NCBI GenBank assembly: GCA_019695055.1
Contig: JAIBAT010000143.1
Coordinates: 22,571 to 86,570 of the forward strand
Direction of reading: 5' to 3'
DNA from: Candidatus Sumerlaeaceae bacterium
Lineage (GTDB): Bacteria; Sumerlaeota; Sumerlaeia; Sumerlaeales; Sumerlaeaceae
DNA: 64,000 nt
Shown: in pieces, positions 7,659 to 17,302 of the stretch
Layout of the letters: the number at the start of each line of letters is the position of its first letter
How positions within the stretch are numbered: position 1 is the first letter of the stretch
The notes under the pieces: generated by a model
Seen by the model: only the letters and a program-made list of their open reading frames with translations
The model's database searches: none
What the model was told of the DNA's origin: nothing
Made by a program: the position numbers and the translations under genes

Positions 7659-9056
7659 ATGTCTCTGCTCATCAAGAACGGGCGGGTTGTTACCGCCGTG
7701 GACGATTACAAGGCCGACGTGTTTGTCGAGAACGACAAGATCACGATGATCGGCGAGAAGCTGGATGTGAAGGCGGACACGGTCATCGATGCGTCGAACC
7801 GGCTCGTCATCCCGGGCGGCATTGACCCCCACACCCATCTCGACATGCCGTTCGGCGGCACGAATTCCTGCGACGACTTCCTGACCGGCACGCGCGCCGC
7901 GGCTTTTGGCGGGACGACCACCATCATCGATTTTGCGATCCAGGTGAAGGGCAACTCGACCTTCGAGGCGCTGGATACCTGGCACAAGAAGGCCGAGGGA
8001 AAGGCCGTCATAGACTACGGGTTCCACATGATCATCACGGACATGCCCGAGGAGCGACTGCCCGAAATGACCAAGCTGGCGGGCGAGGGCGTGACAAGCT
8101 ATAAGATGTTCATGGCGTACCCGGGCGTGCTGTACGTGGACGACGGCGTGCTGTTTCGCGCCATGCGCCAGGCCGGCGAGGACGGCACGGTCATCTGCAT
8201 GCACGCCGAGAACGGCATCGTGATCGACGAGATCGTAAAGCGCGCCCGCGCCGAGGGAAAGAAGGAACCCAAGTGGCACGCGCTGACGCGCCCGACGCGC
8301 ATGGAGGCGGAGGGCGTCTATCGCTCCATCGCCATCGCCGAGGTGGCCAACGTCCCGCTGTACATCGTGCACCTCAGCAGCAGCGACGCGCTGGAGCAGG
8401 TGAAGCTGGCGCGCGCGCGCGGCATTCCGGTGCACGCGGAGACTTGCCCGCAGTACCTGTTCCTTGACCACTCCTATTATGAAAAGCCGGGTTTCGAGGG
8501 CGCCAAGTGGGTCATGACGCCGGCCCTGCGCGAGAAGTGGAACCAGGAGGTTTTGTGGAAGGGGCTCCAGTTCAACCACCTGCAGGCCGTCTCGACGGAT
8601 CACTGCCCGTTCTGCATGAAGGGCCAGAAGGACCTCGGTCTGGACGATTTCGCAAAGATCCCCAACGGCGCGCCGGGCATCGAGAACCGCATGAGCCTGA
8701 TTTTCAACGGCGGTGTCGCAGAGCGGAAAATCAGCCTGAACCGGTTCGTGCAGCTCACGTCCACCAACGCGGCGAAGATGTTCGGCCTGTTCCCGCGCAA
8801 GGGCACCATCGCCGTGGGCAGCGATGCGGATATCGTGATCTTTGATCCGGAACGCACCGAGACCATCGGCATCAACAACCCGCTGATGCACCACATGAAC
8901 GTGGACTATAGCGCGTGGGAGGGCTTCAAGGTGAAGGGTTATTCCGAAATCGTGATCTCCCGCGGGCAGGTGCTGTGCGACAAGGGCGAGTTCAAGGGCA
9001 AACCCGGTCGTGGCCAGTTCCTGCGGCGCGGGCTGTATAGCGGGTTTAACCTGTAA
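7659..9056 (+). CDS. hydA: dihydropyrimidinase / D-hydantoinase
   Basis: MSLLIKNGRVVT start with GGAGGA RBS. Metal-binding GGIDPHTHLDMPFGG. Carbamylated-Lys region SYKMFMAY. Cyclic amidohydrolase length of about 465 aa. Confidence 0.9.
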   Translation: MSLLIKNGRVVTAVDDYKADVFVENDKITMIGEKLDVKADTVIDASNRLVIPGGIDPHTHLDMPFGGTNSCDDFLTGTRAAAFGGTTTIIDFAIQVKGNSTFEALDTWHKKAEGKAVIDYGFHMIITDMPEERLPEMTKLAGEGVTSYKMFMAYPGVLYVDDGVLFRAMRQAGEDGTVICMHAENGIVIDEIVKRARAEGKKEPKWHALTRPTRMEAEGVYRSIAIAEVANVPLYIVHLSSSDALEQVKLARARGIPVHAETCPQYLFLDHSYYEKPGFEGAKWVMTPALREKWNQEVLWKGLQFNHLQAVSTDHCPFCMKGQKDLGLDDFAKIPNGAPGIENRMSLIFNGGVAERKISLNRFVQLTSTNAAKMFGLFPRKGTIAVGSDADIVIFDPERTETIGINNPLMHHMNVDYSAWEGFKVKGYSEIVISRGQVLCDKGEFKGKPGRGQFLRRGLYSGFNL

Positions 9057-9086
9057 CCGGACAAACCTGAAGGTTCGGCTGGCGGA

Positions 9087-9108
9087 AAGGCCCTCTTTGG
9101 GGCTTTTT
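9087..9108 (+). terminator. possible intrinsic terminator after the hydantoinase gene
   Basis: AAGGCCC-TCTTT-GGGGCTT imperfect stem followed by a T run. Confidence 0.4.
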
Positions 9109-9175
9109 GGGCGTTTTGATTCAAAAACACCTGTTGCTTTCGCATAACCCCATGATAGGGATGGGACGTTTGCTC

Positions 9176-9724
9176 ATGCTGCAGATTCCTGAAAATGCCC
9201 TCATTGTGTTGGTCGGAGCGTCCGGCTCCGGCAAAACCACGTTTTGTTCGCGTCACTTCCTGCCAACGGAGGTTGTTTCCTCGGACCGTTGCCGCGCGTT
9301 GGTGTGCGACGATGAGGCCTGCATCGAATCCACGAGGGCGGCGTTTGAGCTGGTACACTTTATCATCGCGCGCCGGCTCGAAGCCGGGCGCTTGACGGTG
9401 GTGGACGCGACAAGCGTTCAGGTGGATTCCCGGAAACCGTTGCTGGCTCTCGCTGGCGAATACGGCGTGCCGGCGGTGGCGCTGGTTTTTGACCTGCCGC
9501 TGGAACTTTGCCTGGAGCAAAACAACCTGCGCCCGGGCCGGCGCGTCCCGACGGCCGTCGTGCGCGAGCAACATGGGCAGATGGTTGAGTCCATTCCCCT
9601 CCTTGAGGAAGAAGGATTCACGCAGGTCGAGTTTATCCGCTCGATCCACGACGCCCACAACCTGCATCTCGAGCGCCTCGCCGCCATCGAGGAAGAACCG
9701 GATGCGCTGGAGATGAGCGGGTAG
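9176..9724 (+). CDS. standalone Pnkp-type polynucleotide 5'-kinase module (P-loop)
   Basis: MLQIPENALIVLVGASGSGKTTFCSRHFLPTEVVSSDRCRALVCDDE...LTVVDATSVQ is collinear with the N-terminal kinase domain of bacterial Pnkp as I recall it. The protein ends where the phosphoesterase domain would begin. Confidence 0.7.
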   Translation: MLQIPENALIVLVGASGSGKTTFCSRHFLPTEVVSSDRCRALVCDDEACIESTRAAFELVHFIIARRLEAGRLTVVDATSVQVDSRKPLLALAGEYGVPAVALVFDLPLELCLEQNNLRPGRRVPTAVVREQHGQMVESIPLLEEEGFTQVEFIRSIHDAHNLHLERLAAIEEEPDALEMSG

Positions 9725-9748
9725 CAATCTTTAAACTCGGGGGAGTTC

Positions 9749-10375
9749 ATGTTTGCGCGTCTGGCGTCTCTTTTTCATCCGTTGGGCCTCCTTCCCCGAA
9801 GATTACTTATAGCACTCACTTGCGCCCTCGCCCCCTTGGGACTCGGAACCCTGGTATTGTTCCTCTTCTCGTTTACGAGAGAACGTCTGCTTGGAGAGAT
9901 TGGACTTCTCATAATTCTCTTTGGATGTTTCTCGGTGATTGTGGGCTTCGTGTATTTAGCATCTCACATTCGGGTGTCTGTTCGCGAAGGTGCGCTTACA
10001 AAAAGACAGGCTGGATTCTGTGGTTTGCTCGCTGGAGCACTGCTGCTCGTTAACTTTCCAATGGCAGGCCTTTATGTTTCCTGGGGATTGGAGATCGACA
10101 GCCGTTTCACTGTCACTGTTATTAATGACGGTGGCGCAGTCGTTCAGAATTTTGCCGTACAGACTCCAGCTGAAAGGACAGATTTCGGCCCCATAGGGCC
10201 CGGACGCAGTAGCAGGCGCGTGCTATATATCGGCCGGGAAGGTGCTCTGACTTATGAATTGCGCAGGGGAGGAGGACAAACAACGGGCATTCTTAGCAGT
10301 TACCTAAACGTTGGAGAGGGAGGGGAAGCGCTGGTCCGTGTTGGGGCTTCAGATGAAATTCAGATTTCGGAGTAG
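9749..10375 (+). CDS. hypothetical multi-TM membrane protein with soluble C-terminal beta-rich domain
   Basis: Three to four hydrophobic helices in the first 110 aa, then about 95 aa hydrophilic. Visibly more A/T-rich than the flanking genes. Confidence 0.6.
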   Translation: MFARLASLFHPLGLLPRRLLIALTCALAPLGLGTLVLFLFSFTRERLLGEIGLLIILFGCFSVIVGFVYLASHIRVSVREGALTKRQAGFCGLLAGALLLVNFPMAGLYVSWGLEIDSRFTVTVINDGGAVVQNFAVQTPAERTDFGPIGPGRSSRRVLYIGREGALTYELRRGGGQTTGILSSYLNVGEGGEALVRVGASDEIQISE

Positions 10376-10437
10376 GATGGGCATCCATTCAAACGGCCTT
10401 GATTTCGTAACTTTCAAACCGAGTACATGGCAATCTT

Positions 10438-11397
10438 ATGAGCGACGAAATGGTGGGCCTGTCGGAGATTGAGGGTGCCTGGATGGAGATGCCGGGTTTG
10501 CCCCGCCCCGCGTGGCCGGTGGTGACGCGGTGGATACGCCGGAACATCGAGCAGGACAACTGGGAAGAGGCCTACGACAGCGCGGTGATGCAATGGCTGG
10601 AAGCCATGGTGGCCGGGCTTTCCCCCGGATATGAAATCCACGAATCGCCCAACTTTTTCATCCTGGCCGCGCAATCCGAGGAGGACGCCATTGCTTTGCT
10701 GAAGTTTGCAGAGCGGACCCACCGCGACCTGATGCGGCATCTTTGCGGCGGCGAGGATGAGAAAACTTGGACGGGGCGCCATGTGATCCTGTTGTTCAAT
10801 GAGCCCGAGGTTTACGCAGACTACGTGGCCAGCCACTCGCCCGGGGAGGATGAGCAGACTATTGGTCTCGCGGTCATGATTAATCGGGGATACATCCACA
10901 CGGCGGCACAGTACACCTACCTGGAGGAGGCTCAGCGCTGCATTGCGCATGAGCATGTGCACACACTGATCCATCTCGGGGTGAACCGAAAGATGCCGCG
11001 ATGGTTGCACGAGGGGCTGGCCCAGCTGGTCGAATCGGCCGTTTTCGGCAGCAGAAGCCACGCCATGGACGCCATGACAGCCTCCCGACACCGCAGCTTC
11101 TGGAACCGCGACAACATCCAGCAGTTCTGGAGCGGCGACTCGTTTAACGTTCCAGGGGATTCATCCGAGCTGAGTTACAACCTGGCCGTGGTCATCGCAC
11201 GGGTCATGGCTGAAGCGCCGGACGCCTATGCCGATTTTATCCGGGAGGCCCACCGAGACGATGCCGGAGAGTCGGCTGCGCAGGACATTTACGGCAAAAG
11301 CCTTGGGGACTATGCCTTTGCGTTCCTTGGCCCGGGAGATTGGGCGCCACAGGGCGCGGATCCAGCCCCGGACACCCCACCCGACTCTGAAGGGTAA
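10438..11397 (+). CDS. HExxH zinc metallopeptidase-like protein (MA clan, DUF1570-like)
   Basis: [12 protein letters not shown] followed by [11 protein letters not shown] (gluzincin-type third ligand). No signal peptide. Confidence 0.6.
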   Translation: MSDEMVGLSEIEGAWMEMPGLPRPAWPVVTRWIRRNIEQDNWEEAYDSAVMQWLEAMVAGLSPGYEIHESPNFFILAAQSEEDAIALLKFAERTHRDLMRHLCGGEDEKTWTGRHVILLFNEPEVYADYVASHSPGEDEQTIGLAVMINRGYIHTAAQYTYLEEAQRCIAHEHVHTLIHLGVNRKMPRWLHEGLAQLVESAVFGSRSHAMDAMTASRHRSFWNRDNIQQFWSGDSFNVPGDSSELSYNLAVVIARVMAEAPDAYADFIREAHRDDAGESAAQDIYGKSLGDYAFAFLGPGDWAPQGADPAPDTPPDSEG

Positions 11398-11516
11398 ATT
11401 TTTCCGTCCAGGGGGCGTATACCATGCGTCGGCCACCCCATAACGGGTGTCCGGTGGGAGGCAAAGGGCCCGGCAACGGGCGGATTGCCGATATTGACCA
11501 CAAAGGAGAAGGTCCC
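11398..11516 (+). promoter_or_regulatory. rplA 5' leader, candidate L1 autoregulatory site
   Basis: Contains GGTGGGAGGC (11453..11462), identical to a 10-nt segment of the E. coli 23S L1-stalk region as I recall it. Three small hairpins (11434..11449, 11451..11473, 11471..11490). AAGGAGA RBS. Confidence 0.35.
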
Positions 11517-12221
11517 ATGGCAAGACATGGAAAGAAGTACGTCAATGCGGTGAAGGTTTACGACCGCACCAAGGCCTATTCAGTAGCCGAGGCCACGGAA
11601 ATCCTCAAGAAGATCGCAGGAGCCAAGTTCAACGAGACGGTGGATCTCGACATCCGCCTCGGCGTTGATCCGCGCCACGCCGACCAGCAGGTTCGCGGCA
11701 CGGTTTCACTGCCCCACGGCACTGGCAAGACGGTTCGCGTCGCCGTGTTCGCAAAGGGCGAAAAGGCCACGGAAGCCGAGAAGGCTGGCGCCGAGGTTGT
11801 GGGTGGCGACGAGCTGGTGGCGAAGGTGGCCGGTGGTTTCACGGAATTCGACGCAGCCATCGCAACACCCGACATGATGCGCGAAGTTGGCAAGCTCGGT
11901 AAGGTATTGGGGCCCCGCGGTCTCATGCCGAACCCGAAGATCGGCACCGTCACCATGGATGTGACCAAGGCCATCACCGACATCAAGTCCGGCAAGGTGG
12001 AGTTTCGCCTCGACAAGACGGCCAACGTTCACGTGCCCGCCGGAAAAATCCAGTTCACGGCGCAGCAGCTCGCGGAAAACGCCCAGACTATTCTCGACGC
12101 GATCTGGCGCGCCAAGCCGGCCGCGGCCAAGGGCATCTATATTCGCAACGTCTCCGTCAGCTCGACCATGAGCCCGGGCGTCAAGATTGCCTATTCGGGA
12201 ATTGCCGCGAAGGCTGAGTAG
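11517..12221 (+). CDS. rplA: 50S ribosomal protein L1
   Basis: [16 protein letters not shown]...[30 protein letters not shown] is canonical L1. RBS AAGGAGA. Confidence 0.95.
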   Translation: MARHGKKYVNAVKVYDRTKAYSVAEATEILKKIAGAKFNETVDLDIRLGVDPRHADQQVRGTVSLPHGTGKTVRVAVFAKGEKATEAEKAGAEVVGGDELVAKVAGGFTEFDAAIATPDMMREVGKLGKVLGPRGLMPNPKIGTVTMDVTKAITDIKSGKVEFRLDKTANVHVPAGKIQFTAQQLAENAQTILDAIWRAKPAAAKGIYIRNVSVSSTMSPGVKIAYSGIAAKAE

Positions 12222-12251
12222 TAAAAAGCAATTCTGAATTCTGAATTTCAG

Positions 12252-12285
12252 GCCGCTGCTCGAAAGGGCGGCGGCTTTTCTTTTT
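12252..12285. terminator. intrinsic terminator between convergent rplA and the MATE gene
   Basis: GCCGCTGC-loop-GCGGCGGC stem (8 bp with one G-U pair) followed by TTTTCTTTTT. Confidence 0.7.
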
Positions 12286-12287
12286 GC

Positions 12288-13700
12288 CTATAACTTGATC
12301 CGCGTCCAGCGGCCACGGTGGTAAATGGCGAAGATCATGGCGGTGCGGATCATCCAGTCGATGATCGTGCCGACGTAAACGCCGTAGATGCCCCAGCCCA
12401 ACGTGAACGCCAGCCAGTAGACCACGAAAATGCGCATGAGGATGTTGCCAACGAAGGACGTGATCATGGGCGTAATGGTATCGCCCGCGCCGCGGATGCC
12501 ACCGGCGACGGTCATGAAGATTCCCATGAGGGGCTGCTCGATGGCGGCCAGAAGCAGCAGCGCATAGGTCAGGTCGCGCACGTCTTCCTCGGGGTGGAAC
12601 GCCTGGATGATGTACGGCCCGGCAAAAATAAGGGCGATGGCAATGGAGGTCATCACAATGACGCAGTACATGGTGGTGCGCCGGAAGGCGCGCCGGGCGA
12701 GCTCCACATTTCCGGCCCCGAGGGACTGGCCCACGAGCGTGGCCGCGGCAATCGTGAAACCAAAACCCGCCATGAAGGAGACGGACTCGATGCGGGTGCT
12801 AAGCGCGTGGGACGCGAGGGCCGTGGTGCCGAGGTGGGCAATGTAGCCGAAGAAGATCAGGAAGCCAAAGCTTATCATGGCCTCCTCGATGAAGCTGGGC
12901 AGGCCGAGACGGGTGAGGGTTTTCATGATGCGCCAGTCGGGGCGGAAGTGGTAGGCATGGAGCCGGAAGTGGCTGCGACCGGATAACATGACAGCCACCG
13001 TGGCCACGGCGCAAAAGGTGAGGCTGAGGGCGGTGGAGATTCCCGATCCCAGCAGCCCGAGGCGCGGCGCGCCAAAGTGGCCGTAGATCAGGATGTAGTT
13101 CCCGACGGTGTTTACGACGTTCATGCCAAGGGTAATCCACATGGGCGAGCGGGTGTCGCCGCTGCCGCGAAGCGCAGCGGAGCCCACAAAGGCAATCATG
13201 CGGGGCACCGAGGCGAAGAAGATCAGGGTCAGAAAGGGCACGCCGGTGGTGGTCACGTCCTCCGCGGCGCCCATCCACAAGTAGCAATGGCGCGCGAGCA
13301 GGATTCCGCCCACCATCATCACGATGCCAAGAAGCACGGCGAGGTAAAGCGACTGGGCCACCGTGCGGCCAACCTTGTCGTTGCTGCCCTCGCCATAGTA
13401 TCGGGCCACCATGGCGGTGGTTCCCCGTTCGACGCAGCCAAAGGTCATGTGGGTGCGCCAGACGATGATCCCGGCCACGGCGGACGCGGCGAGCGTGGCG
13501 CTGCCGAGCCAGGCGACCATGAATGTGTCGACAAGAATCAGCGCTGTCTGGAGCAGCTGCTCGCTGATGGCCGGGACGGCCAGGCCCCAGATGCGGCGGT
13601 CGAGAGAAGCGGTGGGCGGGGAATGGTCGTGGGTCGGGGGATCGGGGGCGACGAGGTCGGGTTCGCCAGCGGCGAGACTGGCGGGGTCGGAAAGGCTCAC
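12288..13700 (-). CDS. MATE family efflux transporter
   Basis: About 470 aa with 12 predicted helices in two homologous halves. Typical MATE N-terminus (IWGLAVPAISEQLLQTALILVDTFMV). Confidence 0.85.
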   Translation of the reverse strand: MSLSDPASLAAGEPDLVAPDPPTHDHSPPTASLDRRIWGLAVPAISEQLLQTALILVDTFMVAWLGSATLAASAVAGIIVWRTHMTFGCVERGTTAMVARYYGEGSNDKVGRTVAQSLYLAVLLGIVMMVGGILLARHCYLWMGAAEDVTTTGVPFLTLIFFASVPRMIAFVGSAALRGSGDTRSPMWITLGMNVVNTVGNYILIYGHFGAPRLGLLGSGISTALSLTFCAVATVAVMLSGRSHFRLHAYHFRPDWRIMKTLTRLGLPSFIEEAMISFGFLIFFGYIAHLGTTALASHALSTRIESVSFMAGFGFTIAAATLVGQSLGAGNVELARRAFRRTTMYCVIVMTSIAIALIFAGPYIIQAFHPEEDVRDLTYALLLLAAIEQPLMGIFMTVAGGIRGAGDTITPMITSFVGNILMRIFVVYWLAFTLGWGIYGVYVGTIIDWMIRTAMIFAIYHRGRWTRIKL

Positions 13701-13844
13701 AGGGGAAACATTAATGCGGGACGGCGGGTTTATTTCAAGGGCGGCGGGAATGCGGGAAATCCCAAATCAAAATTCCCCAACCCTGTAGTTCCGCCCCGGT
13801 CTGAAGTGTAAGGCCGCCATGCTCCCGCGCGACGAAAGGTTACC

Positions 13845-14885
13845 ATGACAGCAAATACCCCCGAAACCCATCCCGAGGAAAAGAGCAGCATCCCGCGCGA
13901 TCAGGTCCACCGCGTCATCATCATTGGCAGCGGCCCCGGTGGCCTGACGGCGGCGCTCTACAATGCGCGCGCCAACCTGAAACCGCTGGTCTTTGAGGGC
14001 GACGGTTTCGAGCAGACCATGCCCGGCGGTCAGCTGATGATTACGACGGAAATCGAGAACTATCCCGGCATGGTGCATTGGAAAGACGGGCAACTTCATG
14101 GCATGCAGGGACCGGAGATGATGGACATCCTGCGCCGGCAGGCTCAGCACTTTGGCGCGGATTGCCGCCAGCAGCGCGTTACGAAGGTGGACTTCAGCAA
14201 GCGGCCTCTCGTGGTGGAGGTGGACGACGAGAAGCACTACGCCGAGTCGGTTATCATCGCGACGGGCGCCAGCGCCAAGTGGCTCGATATCCCGACGGAA
14301 GCGGATTACAAGAGTTACGGCGTGAGCGCGTGCGCGACGTGTGACGGGGCGTTTTTCAAGGAGAAGCATGTCCTCGTGGTGGGCGGCGGCGACACCGCCA
14401 TGGAGGAGGCCAACTACCTGACCAAGCACGCGGCAAAGGTTACGATTGTGCACCGCCGCGAAGAGTTTCGCGCGTCGAAGATTATGCTCGACCGCTGCCG
14501 GAACAATCCGAAAATCGCATGGGAACTGAACGCCGTCATTACCGAGGTTGTCGGCAAAACCGAAGGGATGCGCAAGTTTGTGACGGGAGCGAAATTGAAG
14601 GACACCAAGACAGGTGCGATTCGCGACGTTGCCTGCGACGGCATTTTCGTGGCCATCGGTCACCAGCCCAACACAGACCTGTTCAAGGGAATCATCACCA
14701 TGGATGAAACGGGATACCTGGTGACGGAGCCACGCTCCACCTATACGAATGTGCGCGGGGTGTTTGCCTGCGGCGATGCCCAGGATCATGTGTACCGCCA
14801 GGCCGTCACGGCTGCCGGCACGGGCTGCATGGCCGCCATTGATGCGGAGCGGTTTATCGAGTCGAACCCGATAACGTTCGCCTAA
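13845..14885 (+). CDS. trxB: thioredoxin-disulfide reductase
   Basis: FAD motif IIIGSGPGGLTAALY, redox-active CATCDG, NADPH motif VVGGGDTAMEEA, C-terminal GVFACGD. Confidence 0.93.
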   Translation: MTANTPETHPEEKSSIPRDQVHRVIIIGSGPGGLTAALYNARANLKPLVFEGDGFEQTMPGGQLMITTEIENYPGMVHWKDGQLHGMQGPEMMDILRRQAQHFGADCRQQRVTKVDFSKRPLVVEVDDEKHYAESVIIATGASAKWLDIPTEADYKSYGVSACATCDGAFFKEKHVLVVGGGDTAMEEANYLTKHAAKVTIVHRREEFRASKIMLDRCRNNPKIAWELNAVITEVVGKTEGMRKFVTGAKLKDTKTGAIRDVACDGIFVAIGHQPNTDLFKGIITMDETGYLVTEPRSTYTNVRGVFACGDAQDHVYRQAVTAAGTGCMAAIDAERFIESNPITFA

Positions 14886-16720
14886 GGGCGGAGGGCGCCC
14901 TCGATTTGGCGCAGCATGGCGGCGGATTCTGCGTCGCCTGGATTTCTGGCAAGCATGGTGTGCAGTTCTTCGGCAGCTTCATTCAGGCGGCCCTGCTTTG
15001 CAAGAATCCCCGCGAGGTTTCGGCGCGCAGCCATGGCGGACGGATTGAGCCGAAGGGCTTCCCGCGTTTCCGCCTCAGCACCAGGCAGATCGCCTTTTTC
15101 CAAAAGCAGGGCGCCAAGGTTCAGGCGCGCCTCATAGTAATAGGGTTTTGCGGCAATGGCCGCGCGATACTCGCGCTCGGCTTCGGCGGCAAGGCCCTTG
15201 CGCTTGTAAATCTGGCCAAGGTTATAGTGGGGACTCGCATAGCGGGGGTCGCACTCCGCCGCACGCAGGAAATGCTCGACGGCCTCGTCCACCCGACCGT
15301 CGGCCACGAGCAAAGACGCGAGATTGTTGTGGAAGTAGGGTTCGTCCGGCGCCAGTCGCAATGCTTCGCGCAGGTGCTGTTCTGCCTGCGCAGCCTGACC
15401 GGCAGATGTGCAGGCATTTCCGTACTGGGCATGCACGACCGCTGATTCGGGAGCAATCGCCAGATTGTGGCTCCAGAGGGCCGCGCTGTCACGCCAGAGT
15501 AATTGCTGGCGCACGCTGAGGCCGGCAAAAACCATAAGGATTGCAATCATGATGCCCCAAATGACGGGGCGGCTTGGCCGCACAGTGAGGCCCCAAGCCA
15601 CAGCCAACCCGATACCTGCCATGGAAAGATACGCGTAGCGATCTGCTACGGTGGAGTACTTCTGAAATCCAAATGGTACGAGGCCAAGCACTGGAAGAAA
15701 GAACACCACGAACCATCCGGACGCAATCAGCGCCGTGCCGCCGCGGCGAAGCAACAGGATGGCGGCCACGAGCACGGCGGGCAGCGCCAGGTAGTTCCAC
15801 CAACCGGCGAGCACAACCACCGGTGTGCGACCGTAAACGGGCGCCAAATCGATAGGTAATAAAATTCTGCGAATGTAGAACACAAGCGCATCGGCCGCCA
15901 CGAAGGGCCTGCTCCACACCGGACCGAGGGCTGGCTTCAGAGTTGGCGACGGAGTCTGCACCAGTGCAGTGACCACAACCACCGCCGACGCGACCACAAA
16001 CCAGGGAATTAGTGCCACAAGGACGCGGCGCCATGGGTTGCTGAGCCAGACCACATCCAGCAGCAACAACGCAAGCGGCACAGCCACTGCGGCGGGTTTT
16101 GTGAGTGTGGAGAGCACAAACAACACCAGTGCCGCGACGTAATGGATTCGCCCACCGCGCTGACGCCACAGAAGATAAAGGCACACAGCGGCCAGAGCCA
16201 GAAAACCAGACAACACATCCTTCTGCCCCGTGACCCACGCCACGGGCTCCACCTGAAGTGGATGCAGACCAAAGATCAGTGCGCCAACGGCGGCGGCAGG
16301 ATCCCGCCAACGGCCTACGTCCGATGAGGAAGGCAGAATTGCACGTATCAGGAAAAAAACCATTACAGCGGATGCGGCGTGCAGAACCATGTTCACCGCG
16401 TGAAACGCAATGGCACTCCCCCCACCCGCCAACATCTCCACCATGTACGCCGAGTAGAGCACCGGGATGTACAGCGCCTCATAGGAGGCTCCCCACGCGT
16501 AGCCGAAGTTCCGCCAGCTTGGCGGATGCAGCATGGGATTTGCGAGAACGTTGGTTTCATCGTCCCAGTTGCTGAACCCGCCACCCAGCGACACCGCGAA
16601 GACAGCAACCGTCAGTAAGAAGACGGCGATGCCCCAGCCAACAATCGGACTCAATCCCGACTTCGTCGGTGCGGCTTCGCGTGGTTGCCTGGTTTTCTCT
16701 TTGCGCCCGCGGTGAGCCAT
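14882..16720 (-). CDS. TMTC/PMT-like membrane glycosyltransferase with C-terminal TPR repeats
   Basis: N-terminal multi-TM region with an NWDDETNVLANP loop motif typical of TMTC-like proteins. The C-terminal ~200 aa are TPR repeats. Confidence 0.7.
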   Translation of the reverse strand: MAHRGRKEKTRQPREAAPTKSGLSPIVGWGIAVFLLTVAVFAVSLGGGFSNWDDETNVLANPMLHPPSWRNFGYAWGASYEALYIPVLYSAYMVEMLAGGGSAIAFHAVNMVLHAASAVMVFFLIRAILPSSSDVGRWRDPAAAVGALIFGLHPLQVEPVAWVTGQKDVLSGFLALAAVCLYLLWRQRGGRIHYVAALVLFVLSTLTKPAAVAVPLALLLLDVVWLSNPWRRVLVALIPWFVVASAVVVVTALVQTPSPTLKPALGPVWSRPFVAADALVFYIRRILLPIDLAPVYGRTPVVVLAGWWNYLALPAVLVAAILLLRRGGTALIASGWFVVFFLPVLGLVPFGFQKYSTVADRYAYLSMAGIGLAVAWGLTVRPSRPVIWGIMIAILMVFAGLSVRQQLLWRDSAALWSHNLAIAPESAVVHAQYGNACTSAGQAAQAEQHLREALRLAPDEPYFHNNLASLLVADGRVDEAVEHFLRAAECDPRYASPHYNLGQIYKRKGLAAEAEREYRAAIAAKPYYYEARLNLGALLLEKGDLPGAEAETREALRLNPSAMAARRNLAGILAKQGRLNEAAEELHTMLARNPGDAESAAMLRQIEGALRP

Positions 16721-16885
16721 TTCGGCATGTCATGGATGGGGAGAGACGTTGTCAACCCGCAGAGGTGTGGTGACACGGGCGGAAAGACCCACATTCCGAT
16801 TCCGCGACGATTTTTCTTGAATGTCTATCTGTCATAGTAGTAATAGGACATTGAGAATCAAGTCCAGCACAGGGAAAACAAACCC

Positions 16886-17302
16886 ATGTTCTTCGAAGTG
16901 GACTTCAACGACAGCAAGGCGGTGTACCAGCAGCTGATGGATCAGGTGAAGTTTGCCGTGGCCAGCGGGCGCATACAGCCGGGCGACCGCCTTCCCTCCA
17001 TCCGAGACGTTGCCATCCAGGTGCGGGTAAACCGCAACACCGTGGCGCGCGTTTATGGCGAGCTGGAGCGCGAGGGGATCATCTACTCGCGCGCCGGGCA
17101 GGGCGCCTTCATCAGCGACCGCGGCTCCTCTCTGAGCCGCGCCGAGCAGCGTCGACAGCTGACCGCGCGCCTTGACGAGCTTATCACGCAGGCGCGCCTC
17201 TTCGATATAACGCGGGAAAAGATCACGGAATGGTTTCAAGAACGCCTTAACGCCATTTTCCCCGAGCCCGAGGGCACGGGAACACCGGGAGGAAGAAAAT
17301 GA
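16886..17302 (+). CDS. GntR-family (YtrA-like) transcriptional regulator
   Basis: Winged-helix LPSIRDVAIQVRVNRNTVARVYGELEREGIIYSRAGQGAFI. Short ~138-aa YtrA-type architecture. Confidence 0.85.
   Translation: MFFEVDFNDSKAVYQQLMDQVKFAVASGRIQPGDRLPSIRDVAIQVRVNRNTVARVYGELEREGIIYSRAGQGAFISDRGSSLSRAEQRRQLTARLDELITQARLFDITREKITEWFQERLNAIFPEPEGTGTPGGRK

Noticed and set aside
7650-8894. 414-aa minus-strand ORF opposite the hydantoinase gene
   Set aside because: It is the antisense shadow of a gene with unambiguous cyclic-amidohydrolase motifs, and its translation is Arg/Ala/Gly/His-rich junk. The same reasoning rejects 13767..14789 (opposite trxB), 23897..24967 and 23211..23900 (opposite gatB and the ALDH gene), 16832..17563, 48219..49055 and 55620..56360.
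13701-13844. Guanidine/ykkC-type riboswitch upstream of the MATE transporter
   Set aside because: No resemblance to the conserved ykkC core was recognised. The region is more simply a divergent promoter shared with trxB.
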